This document shows, in pieces, positions 8,781 through 16,261 of a stretch of 64,000 nt of DNA. Position numbers and translations under genes: made by a program. A model generated the notes under the pieces. That model was not told where the DNA came from and ran no database searches. It was given only the letters and a program-made list of their open reading frames with translations. Location: NCBI GenBank assembly GCA_963835915.1, contig CAWIHE010000004.1, positions 696,248 through 760,247 of the forward strand, read 5' to 3'. Source of the DNA: Candidatus Uhrbacteria bacterium. GTDB lineage: Bacteria; Patescibacteriota; Patescibacteriia; 2-12-FULL-60-25. Each line of letters starts with the position of its first letter. The first letter of the stretch is position 1.

Positions 8781-11700
8781 ATGAAACGATTTACACAGAA
8801 GTACACCGTGCCAGTTATTGTATTTATTGCAATACTTGCCGCGGGTGTCAAATTTGTATCAGCACAATACTACGGGCCAACAGCTTCTCCGCCTGGGAAT
8901 AATCCGCTTGGGCCGGTCTGGCTTCAAACAGCGGCAACGCCTGGCCACCAATCTGGAAAGATTGATATATCGGGTGCGGCTGGAAGTGACATCTATTTGT
9001 TTAGCAACAGCGCAATTCGTGCCGACTTGACTTCGGGAAACAGTTCAATAAATATTTCGAACTATGGAAATACTCCAACTGGTTTTACCTTGAATGTAAA
9101 AGGAGATCTAAAGATCCTATCGGGTCTCACGGGCACAACGGGAAATCTCTACGTCCCCCAAATCTGTCTCGGTGCCGCAGGAAGTGAAGTCTGTCGCACC
9201 ACCTGGCCCTCGGGCAGTGGCGGTACGCTCACGGGCGGAGGAACGGCGAACTACGTTCCTCTCTGGTCAGGGGCGACAACACTCGGAAATTCGTCCATCT
9301 ATCAGGATGCGAGCAATCGAATCGGGATCGGAACCTCAAGTCCGGCGGAGAAGCTGCATATCGTAGGTGCGGGAGGAGAAGACGGCATTGTCGTAGATGC
9401 GGCGACATATCCGGAAATCGTTTTTGATCGAACCGGTGTGCACAAGGCATATCTGGGTATCGCCGGAACCGCCGGAGGTTATGCGGCGGGATCATTGGCG
9501 GATTCTCTCGTACTTCGTTCGCAAAACGCGCTCCATCTCGTTTCAAATGCCTCCACGATTGGCTTGACGGTAAATGGTGGGAATGTCGGCATCGATACAA
9601 CGACTCCGGCGGCAGAAGTTCAGATCGCCGATATTGGAGCCGCAGGGACGAAGAACTTGATGGTCGGGGACGACACCTACTTTACGGATCTTGATTGGGG
9701 AAACGCGCTCGGATTGTACGGAGTATATGATTCGTCAATTGGGATCTTGCAGCTTGGGAGTAGCGCAGGCGCGAACATCACTGGAGCAGCTGGGCACATC
9801 GGAATCACGACGGCAAATTTCAATATCACGCCGGCAGGCAGACTGACCATCGCGGGTCAGGGGGGTTCTGCGGCGAACGATGGAATCGAGTTTTTTACAA
9901 CGACCAACGGGAGCGGGTACAGCGGATGGGCGGGCCGGGAATTCATCGATGTGCCGTCCGGCGGCTGGGGCACGGCGCCGTACGTGTTCTCTGTTCCGAA
10001 TACGTCAGGGGTCGAGGTGAAGACGATGACGCTGCTTAACGGCAGGGTCGGCGTTGGGACCCAGGCGCCCGCCGTGAAGCTCGATGTCGTTTCGACTGCG
10101 GAGGGAGCTGCGATCAGCGGAGTTGCTTCAAATGCGCTTAGCACAGGAGTCGAAGGAACCGGTGTACTCTACGGCGTCTGGGGAACCGGCACGGGGGGGG
10201 TGTATGGCATTGGGAGCTCGGCCGGCGTCATCGGGTCTGCGCAGTCGGCGGCCGGAGGCGGCGGAGGAATACTCGGAGACGCTGGACTTGGAGTCGTCGG
10301 GACTGCGGGGGCGCTGGCAAATGCTTCGTCGTTAGGCCATGCCGGAGGTTACTTTACGTCGCTAGAAGGTTCCGGGGCTTTGAGATCGAGTTTTGCCTTT
10401 GCGGCGGCGACTCCTGATGAAGGGTATGGCGGATTCGGTGGAATCGTCGGTCTCGGAGACGATTACGGAGGAAGGTTCTATCAATACCATCAGGGTGGAT
10501 CGTACGTGAACATGGCTACGCTCGGAACGCCATCTTACTCCGGTGATTTCGCGGGTCCGGTGAACTTGAACTCGAACAACATCGTCAACGTGGCGAGCAT
10601 CCAGAACAGCGGCATTGTCTTAACGCCCCAGAATATCGGAGGAGACAACGGACTTCTTTTGAAGAATACCGGCGGGGTAAATAACGACACGGATCTCCAA
10701 TTCATGGATGGGGGCGGTAATTCCAATAATATCCGTTGGGAAACTCGGTCGGGCGCGACTTTTGCTCAGCAGCCGGAATGGCAGATCGGAAACGCCGGCG
10801 ACCCCACACTGCTGATCGGGCCGAAGGCCGGTTCAGCGGGAGTCGTAAAAATTCGCGGTTTCTTACAGATAAGCTGTCCGTCCTGCACTTACAACGCTCA
10901 ATTTTCACAGCCCACCAATCCGGGAACGGCTGTTTATCCTCTGAATACCGCGAGTGGCTATTACGCAAATATCGGCAACGGTGACTCGTCGGCCATGTTC
11001 GTCGGTCCCGTGGGCATTAACATCGGGGGCGGCTCAACGAATAGTGGTGCGGCGCCCGCGGCGGGGCTCGAAGTCGGCACCGGGGGGAAGCCGAACGCCG
11101 CGCAGTTCGACGGGTCGGTGAACATGAATAGCAACAACATTCTGAACGTCGCGTCAATGCAGGCGAATGGCGTGTCCGAATACCTCCAGAACATCGGTGG
11201 CGATAACGGTGTTCAGTTCTATAACACGTCGGTCGATATCTCCGACCTGCAATTAAAAACGAGCACCGGGAAGTTGAGTAACATCCGACTTCAAAACGCA
11301 GGAGGGATGTACACGGGAAATACGGAATTGCAGATCGGGAAATCCGATTATGCGCCGCTCGTCGTCGAGGCAAGGCAGGACAACACGATCGGAAAAGTCG
11401 CCGTTCGCGGATTGATGGGCATCGGGACAGGGTCACCGACCGTTCCGTTGGATGTCGTTGGGAGCGCAAACGTGTCGGTCTCAGGGTGGGCCTATACGAG
11501 TACTGGCGTTACGGGGGCGTTCAATACCAGCGTTCCCGTCGCGATCAGGACAACGACTGGCCGCATCCTTGCACAGGGTGGCGAGATCGACGTTGCCTCG
11601 GATGGACGCGCAAAAGACATCCAGAGCCGCCTTTCAAGCAAGGAGTCGCTCGACAAGATCATGAAATTGAGCCCGGTCGATTACAAGTGGAAGTACAACA

Positions 11701-11948
11701 CCGATAAAGCTGATCACCTCGGTCTCATCGCGCAGGAGGTTGCCAAAGTCATTCCCGAAGCGCTGACGATCGTCGACGGAAAGATCAACGGCAAGGACGT
11801 TCCTGACTTCCACATGCTCGACTACAACGAAGTCGGCATCGTGGCGATCGGCGCCATCCAGGAACAGCAGAAGGAAATCGACTCCTTGAAAGCGCAGAAC
11901 GCCGATCTCTTGAAACGGGTGGAGGCGCTCGAGGCGAAAGTGAAGTGA
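8781..11948 (+). CDS. Large (1055 aa) cell-surface fibre / tail-fibre-like protein with a C-terminal peptidase S74 intramolecular-chaperone domain
   Basis: ATG 8781 gives the signal/anchor MKRFTQKYTVPVIVFIAILAAGVKFVSAQ. Gly/Ser/Thr/Asn-rich body with internal repeats (NLNSNNIVNVASIQNSG / NMNSNNILNVASMQANG). C-terminus: SDGRAKDIQ...LSPVDYKWKYN...HLGLIAQEVAKVIPEAL plus a terminal coiled coil. Confidence 0.85.
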   Translation: MKRFTQKYTVPVIVFIAILAAGVKFVSAQYYGPTASPPGNNPLGPVWLQTAATPGHQSGKIDISGAAGSDIYLFSNSAIRADLTSGNSSINISNYGNTPTGFTLNVKGDLKILSGLTGTTGNLYVPQICLGAAGSEVCRTTWPSGSGGTLTGGGTANYVPLWSGATTLGNSSIYQDASNRIGIGTSSPAEKLHIVGAGGEDGIVVDAATYPEIVFDRTGVHKAYLGIAGTAGGYAAGSLADSLVLRSQNALHLVSNASTIGLTVNGGNVGIDTTTPAAEVQIADIGAAGTKNLMVGDDTYFTDLDWGNALGLYGVYDSSIGILQLGSSAGANITGAAGHIGITTANFNITPAGRLTIAGQGGSAANDGIEFFTTTNGSGYSGWAGREFIDVPSGGWGTAPYVFSVPNTSGVEVKTMTLLNGRVGVGTQAPAVKLDVVSTAEGAAISGVASNALSTGVEGTGVLYGVWGTGTGGVYGIGSSAGVIGSAQSAAGGGGGILGDAGLGVVGTAGALANASSLGHAGGYFTSLEGSGALRSSFAFAAATPDEGYGGFGGIVGLGDDYGGRFYQYHQGGSYVNMATLGTPSYSGDFAGPVNLNSNNIVNVASIQNSGIVLTPQNIGGDNGLLLKNTGGVNNDTDLQFMDGGGNSNNIRWETRSGATFAQQPEWQIGNAGDPTLLIGPKAGSAGVVKIRGFLQISCPSCTYNAQFSQPTNPGTAVYPLNTASGYYANIGNGDSSAMFVGPVGINIGGGSTNSGAAPAAGLEVGTGGKPNAAQFDGSVNMNSNNILNVASMQANGVSEYLQNIGGDNGVQFYNTSVDISDLQLKTSTGKLSNIRLQNAGGMYTGNTELQIGKSDYAPLVVEARQDNTIGKVAVRGLMGIGTGSPTVPLDVVGSANVSVSGWAYTSTGVTGAFNTSVPVAIRTTTGRILAQGGEIDVASDGRAKDIQSRLSSKESLDKIMKLSPVDYKWKYNTDKADHLGLIAQEVAKVIPEALTIVDGKINGKDVPDFHMLDYNEVGIVAIGAIQEQQKEIDSLKAQNADLLKRVEALEAKVK
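11598..11945 (+). other. Peptidase S74 (endosialidase / tail-fibre intramolecular chaperone, auto-cleaving) domain
   Basis: By eye it matches the family hallmarks S-D-x-R-x-K, L-x-P-V-x-Y-x-W and G-(L/F)-I-A-Q-E-V. Confidence 0.8.
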
Positions 11949-11952
11949 GAAA

Positions 11953-11980
11953 GAGTAATAGTTAATAGTTTATAGTAAGG
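11953..11980. repeat. Family E arm (left) flanking the four-helix-bundle gene
   Basis: gagtaatagttaatagtttatagtaagg. It pairs with the reverse complement of 12422-12452 (19/21 over agttaatagtNtNtagtaa). Confidence 0.6.
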
Positions 11981-12001
11981 CGCGGCGGAAGCCGTGTCTT
12001 A

Positions 12002-12346
12002 TTATGAACGAATAAGGATTGAATTAAGAATCTTTGAGATTTCATCGAGATCTGAAAATAGTCCCGGATAGAGCGATACCTGCCCATACCGGAGACGTTC
12101 GGATAAGTGCAGTTGAGATTCGAGTTCGGATGCTGATCCTAGGGCGATTCGCACGAAGTTCAGCCATCCGGGCTTAGTACGTCTGGAGCCTTCCGCGATG
12201 TTCGACATCAATGAAACGGCAGCTCGCTCCATTTGATCACAGAGGCTATACCGTTGATGTTGAGGGAAGGAGGCCGTTAGGCGATAGACTCGTTCCGCAA
12301 CGTCAGACGCCTTTTCCCAGACGATGAGCTTACGATAATCGGACAT
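12002..12346 (-). CDS. Four-helix-bundle protein (23S rRNA intervening-sequence protein family)
   Basis: MSDYRKLIVWEKASDVAERVYRLTASFPQHQRYSLCDQMERAAVSLMSNIAEGSRR is typical of this family. Confidence 0.85.
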   Translation of the reverse strand: MSDYRKLIVWEKASDVAERVYRLTASFPQHQRYSLCDQMERAAVSLMSNIAEGSRRTKPGWLNFVRIALGSASELESQLHLSERLRYGQVSLYPGLFSDLDEISKILNSILIRS

Positions 12347-12421
12347 GTTCTATTCAGTCCCGCGTTTCAAATGAGTTGTCAAGCCCTTATTAATCCGCAA
12401 TACTATCAATCATCCGTCCGT

Positions 12422-12452
12422 CTACTATTTACTACATACTATTAACTTATCC
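12422..12452. repeat. Family E arm (right) flanking the four-helix-bundle gene, immediately upstream of cysS
   Basis: ctactatttactacatactattaacttatcc. Confidence 0.6.
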
Positions 12453-12454
12453 AC

Positions 12455-13867
12455 ATGTTAAAAATCTACAACACCCTGACCCGCCGCATTGAGCCGATAA
12501 CTCCCATCACCGCAGGGAAGATCGGCTTTTACGCGTGCGGCCCCACGGTCTACCAGCGCGCGCACATCGGCAATCTCCGCGCCTACATCATGGAAGATAT
12601 CCTCCGGCGGACGCTCGAGCTGATCGAGGGGGACGAGGTGAAGCACGTGATGAACATCACGGACGTCGGCCATCTGATCGGTGACGAGAGTTTGGGCGAG
12701 GACAAGGTTGAGAAGTCGGCGCGCGAGCAGGGGAGGGATGCATGGGAGATCTCGCGCGAGAATACGGAGACGTTTTTGAAGGACCTCGATGCGATCAACG
12801 TCCTGCGTCCGACGGCGATGCCGAAGGCGACGGATCACATCCAGGAGCAGATTGATCTCGTAAAGATTCTTGAGGAGAAGGGATTCACGTATAAGATTAC
12901 CGACGGCATCTACTTCGATACGTCGAAATTTCCGTCGTACGGATCTCTCTCGGGCCAGAAGCTCGATGAGAAGGAGGCGGGCGCGCGCATCGAGGCGAAT
13001 CCCGAGAAGAAGAATCCGACGGACTTCGCGCTCTGGAAATTCTCTCCGTCCCACTCACCCACTCATCCACTCATCCACTTACCCAAACGGCAGATGGAGT
13101 GGAAGTCGCCGTGGGGCGTCGGGTTCCCCGGATGGCACATCGAATGCTCGGCGATGAGCCGGAAGGAGCTTGGTCAGCCGTTCGATATCCATGCGGGAGG
13201 CGTCGACCACATCGCGGTCCACCACGAGAATGAGATTGCGCAATCCATGGCTGCGTACGGTGTCTCGCTCGCGAATTATTGGATGCACGTTGAGTTCCTC
13301 ATGGTCGACGGGAAGAAGATGTCAAAGTCGATCGGGAATACGTACACGCTGGATGATCTCAAGGCGAAGGGGATCGATCCGATTGCGTTCCGCTTCTTCG
13401 TCCTTGGCGCACACTACCGATCCAAACAGAACTTCACATGGGAGGCGATCGCCGGCGCGCAGAGCGCGATGGATAAACTTCGGCGCGCCGTTCGGTCATG
13501 GCAGAAAGCGGACGGCGAAGGCGTCGGCGCGGTCGAAGAGGAATTCCGGAATGCGATGCTGAACGACCTCAATACGCCGGAAGCGCTCGCGATTCTATGG
13601 AAGCTCGTAGACGGGGATTTCGCGACACAGGCGAAATCAACATCCCTCCTCTTTATCGATCGCATCCTCGGCCTCAATCTTTCGGCGATCATCAGCATTC
13701 CCTTCGATGTACCGAAAGACATCAAAAAAATTGCCGATCTCCGCTGGGCCGCGCGCAAGAACGGCGACTGGGACGAAGCAGACAAGCTCCGCCAAGAGCT
13801 CGCGGGGCACGGGTGGACAATGCTTGACGGGAGGGACTCGTACTCGCTGGAGCCGGATAGTCGGTAG
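12455..13867 (+). CDS. cysS: Cysteine--tRNA ligase
   Basis: GFYACGPTVYQRAHIGNLR (HIGH region), GWHIECSAM, KMSKS. Carries an in-frame repeat-encoded insert SPSHSPTHPLIHLP. Confidence 0.95.
   Translation: MLKIYNTLTRRIEPITPITAGKIGFYACGPTVYQRAHIGNLRAYIMEDILRRTLELIEGDEVKHVMNITDVGHLIGDESLGEDKVEKSAREQGRDAWEISRENTETFLKDLDAINVLRPTAMPKATDHIQEQIDLVKILEEKGFTYKITDGIYFDTSKFPSYGSLSGQKLDEKEAGARIEANPEKKNPTDFALWKFSPSHSPTHPLIHLPKRQMEWKSPWGVGFPGWHIECSAMSRKELGQPFDIHAGGVDHIAVHHENEIAQSMAAYGVSLANYWMHVEFLMVDGKKMSKSIGNTYTLDDLKAKGIDPIAFRFFVLGAHYRSKQNFTWEAIAGAQSAMDKLRRAVRSWQKADGEGVGAVEEEFRNAMLNDLNTPEALAILWKLVDGDFATQAKSTSLLFIDRILGLNLSAIISIPFDVPKDIKKIADLRWAARKNGDWDEADKLRQELAGHGWTMLDGRDSYSLEPDSR
13050..13084 (+). repeat. 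Family H octamer repeat (CCACTCAT-like), in frame inside cysS
   Basis: ccactcacccactcatccactcatccacttaccc. The same unit forms the hairpin at 62230-62307 and recurs in dnaG at 63670-63708. Confidence 0.8.
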
Positions 13868-13920
13868 TTAGTAGTAATAGTAGGAAATGTCTCATGCGTC
13901 CTACTACATACTACATACTA
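13865..13920. repeat. Family E hairpin downstream of cysS
   Basis: tagttagtagtaatagtagga - loop - tcctactacatactacatacta (~17/21 complementary). Confidence 0.7.
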
Positions 13921-13928
13921 AATAAAGG

Positions 13929-13985
13929 GCCCGATACGTCCGTACACACCATCCGGAGGGGTGGATGAGAGATGACGTATCGGGC
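13929..13985 (-). terminator. Long-loop hairpin downstream of the tRNA pair (terminator-like)
   Basis: gcccgatacgtc (13929-13940) pairs with gacgtatcgggc (13974-13985). The minus strand continues cctttattt. Confidence 0.45.
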
Positions 13986-13989
13986 TTCG

Positions 13990-14062
13990 AAGGGGAGCGA
14001 GGGATCGAACCTCGGACATCCAGACCTGGTGACTGGTGCTCTACCGACTGAGCTACTCCCCT
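13990..14062 (-). tRNA. tRNA, most consistent with tRNA-Trp (CCA) but with a non-canonical anticodon loop
   Basis: Hand fold: acceptor AGGGGAG/CTCCCCT, D arm GCTC-AGTCGGTA-GAGC, T arm CGAGG-TTCGATC-CCTCG, anticodon arm CCAGT-CACCAGG-TCTGG (A at position 33, U31-U39 mismatch). No encoded CCA. Confidence 0.7.
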
Positions 14063-14087
14063 TTAAGGAAAGAACGATTCCGTTCGG

Positions 14088-14162
14088 CCCCGGCAGATGG
14101 ATTTGAACCACCGTCTCAGAATTCCACCGAATCCCGCGCTCTAACCGCTAAGCTATGCCGGT
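14088..14162 (-). tRNA. tRNA-like gene; anticodon not assignable by hand
   Basis: Acceptor (A)CCGGCA/TGCCGG(G) with an A1-G72 mismatch, D arm GCTT-AGCGGTTA-GAGC, T arm GGTGG-TTCAAAT-CCATC. The 25 nt between them (GCGGGATTCGGTGGAATTCTGAGAC) do not give a canonical 5-7-5 anticodon arm. Confidence 0.55.
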
Positions 14163-14223
14163 AAACGTGCGCGCCGGTATTCAATCAGGCCTCCTTGGAA
14201 AAGTCAACAAGTCAACGTATATA

Positions 14224-14266
14224 TAAAAAAACGGCCTCGCCCTCGAGTACGAGAGTAAGGCCGTCA
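14224..14266 (-). terminator. Rho-independent terminator closing the ATP-grasp operon
   Basis: Minus strand: gacggcct...aggccgt followed by ttttttt (plus-strand A-run at 14225-14230). Confidence 0.75.
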
Positions 14267-14291
14267 GGTGATGGATCGCGGGACCCGGGGT

Positions 14292-14435
14292 TCAATCGTC
14301 GCGGCGACGAGGATGCCCACAGCGAGTATGAAATGACGTCGGGTCGATGAGTTCGGCCTCGGGAACGTCCTTTCTCCTCACCAACTCGGGTTCTGGATCA
14401 GGTTTTTCAGCGAATTGTACTAGGAAGGGCAGCAT
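14292..14435 (-). CDS. Putative graspetide (omega-ester RiPP) precursor peptide, 47 aa; not in the ORF track
   Basis: Hand translation: MLPFLVQFAEKPDPEPELVRRKDVPEAELIDPTSFHTRCGHPRRRDD*. SD aAAGGAAtactgaccATG. Starts 35 nt after the upstream gene's stop; the terminator follows. LPFLVQF resembles the microviridin leader motif PFFARFL. Confidence 0.6.
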   Translation of the reverse strand: MLPFLVQFAEKPDPEPELVRRKDVPEAELIDPTSFHTRCGHPRRRDD

Positions 14436-14469
14436 GGTCAGTATTCCTTTCTTGACATTTGCGCCAAAA

Positions 14470-15201
14470 TCAGGATAGCAGACGAGCGATCTCTGTCAAG
14501 CTCCTCGGATTCCGGGACGGATCGGCTCGCGGAATCGTAATCACGATATCATAAAATATGTCCGGATCTTCTCTCTGTGAGCACGCTTGCCTCACCGCTC
14601 GGCTTTTCCCATTGACGTCTATTTTTCCTTGTTGATATGACAATAGCATTGAGAATACGGAGAATTTCTTTTTCAATAATGATGCCATTGAAGTTCGACT
14701 GATATGGTTCTTCGTATTGACTACATATCTTGCGTGAATATTCCCCGTCTCAACGAGGATCGTTGATCGTGGATTACGTTTTTTGTACCTGCACAATGAG
14801 TCCGCCATCTTGCGTTCATGATCCTTGCTTCCAAGGACGTTATCAAACGTGTGCACATCAATCCGGTTATGGTGCGCACGGTTATATCCGCGTATCCATT
14901 TTAACAGAGCAATATGTTCATACGTAAAACGACCGTCGGAATGTAAAAAAAATGTCGTGAGTTGCGAGGGAACGCTTCCTCCGTACACGTAACGTCGAAG
15001 CGCATTCCGTTGTGCGTCGGACAACTCCCATTCGAAGGCAGCCGTACAGGGGCGAGATCCGGCCAGGATGGCACGCAAACACCTTTGCACAAACGGCCCA
15101 TTTTGTTTTGCGCCGTGCATTTCGCCGATTAATATAAAATCATGCGATTTTCTTAATACTGAAGACAGCGGCGTCGGTGTGCGTAACGAGATTCTTTTCA
15201 T
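14470..15201 (-). CDS. ChaN / Tiki / erythromycin-esterase superfamily protein
   Basis: Superfamily motifs in order: ILIGEMHG, FEWE, ERKMADSL, LVETGNIHARY. ATG 15201 (MKRISL) is preferred because it avoids overlapping the upstream gene; the ORF track extends to 15270. Confidence 0.6.
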   Translation of the reverse strand: MKRISLRTPTPLSSVLRKSHDFILIGEMHGAKQNGPFVQRCLRAILAGSRPCTAAFEWELSDAQRNALRRYVYGGSVPSQLTTFFLHSDGRFTYEHIALLKWIRGYNRAHHNRIDVHTFDNVLGSKDHERKMADSLCRYKKRNPRSTILVETGNIHARYVVNTKNHISRTSMASLLKKKFSVFSMLLSYQQGKIDVNGKSRAVRQACSQREDPDIFYDIVITIPRADPSRNPRSLTEIARLLS

Positions 15202-15260
15202 CGTCTCATTATATAACAAATGAGTCCGCGGCGGGTGCCGTGGACTCAACGACATAGGTT

Positions 15261-16187
15261 TCAGAGACACAAGAGGTCGATAAAAGGATCAATGAGATTG
15301 ACGCCAGTCATATATTGCAACCACAGCCATTGGCCGTTGGGATTGAGTTCCAAGAAAACGGGCTCACTATCGTCTATGATGGCGAAGTCAATCGCTCCGA
15401 ACTCCAAGCCATAGAATGACATGAGGGTGCGTACCTTCGCGGCAACTGATCCATCGAGTTCATGACGTTCATGTTCGATCTGACTCAATTTCAGTTGTTT
15501 CAGGTCATCCGCCTTTGCTCTGGCTGTAAGCCGGAACGAATAGAGATCCGTACCAAACACGACGACTCTGATCTCGGATTTTATTATCAGTTGTTCTTGG
15601 GCGTAGCACGGAGAGAATGCCAGAGCAGACTCAAAGAATTCCCGGGGAAGCTTTCGAGTCCCGATAACCAGCGCGTCGTCCTTCGCTCCGATGACTTGGG
15701 CCTGAATCGGCTTCGCGACAATCTGTTCATGGTGTTGCGCGGCAAATTCCTCCAACGCTTCCAGGCTTGTCGTTACAAGCGTATCGGGAATGCGCAGTCC
15801 AAGTTCCTTCGCACGTTGGAGCTGGGCGATTTTTGTTCTTGCCGCGGCGATGCTCTCTCTTCGATTCACCCAACGGCAGTTTTGGTATAAAGCGAGGATG
15901 GAATTGAATAGACCCTCGGTTTCCTCACGTACGAATGCCTGCGAGACGGAGGTTCCTTCCGGGAGAACCACTTTTCTATACCATACCGTGGAAATTTCCG
16001 GGACGAACCACGATGTGCACATTGGTTCATCTGTTGATGCGCAAATGCGCCAGCTACGACGTTGTGACGCGAACACGTCACTATCAAGGCGAAATGTCGG
16101 GACCGAGCGTTCTTCAAGTCGCCTGCAGACCTCCGTCACGTGCGCATCATCAGTATTGCTTACGGCTAAGATACTCTTTTGCTGCAT
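15261..16187 (-). CDS. Microviridin-type (MdnB/MdnC-like) ATP-grasp peptide ligase
   Basis: Matches to the MdnC sequence as I recall it: FRLDSDVF (FRFDTDRF), STVWYRK (SAVWYRR), KIAQLQRAKELGLRIPDTLVT (KQLQLQVARQLGLLIPGTLTS), EIRVVVFG, YGLEFGAIDFAIIDDSEPVFLELNPNGQWLWLQ (FGLNYGAIDMIV...IFLEINPVGEFFWLE). SD aaAAGGAAGataaaATG. Confidence 0.8.
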   Translation of the reverse strand: MQQKSILAVSNTDDAHVTEVCRRLEERSVPTFRLDSDVFASQRRSWRICASTDEPMCTSWFVPEISTVWYRKVVLPEGTSVSQAFVREETEGLFNSILALYQNCRWVNRRESIAAARTKIAQLQRAKELGLRIPDTLVTTSLEALEEFAAQHHEQIVAKPIQAQVIGAKDDALVIGTRKLPREFFESALAFSPCYAQEQLIIKSEIRVVVFGTDLYSFRLTARAKADDLKQLKLSQIEHERHELDGSVAAKVRTLMSFYGLEFGAIDFAIIDDSEPVFLELNPNGQWLWLQYMTGVNLIDPFIDLLCL

Positions 16188-16261
16188 TTTATCTTCCTTT
16201 TTAAGGATCAGACCTCATTTGGGTTATCATGAATCGTAGAGGATGTCAATACCCGCGCCCG

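Noticed and set aside
14270-14292. tRNA-like T-loop string GGTTCAATC near 14288, as a third tRNA or integration-site remnant
   Set aside because: The flanking bases do not form a T stem or an acceptor stem, and the string lies at the 3' end of the precursor ORF region. It is most likely a chance match.
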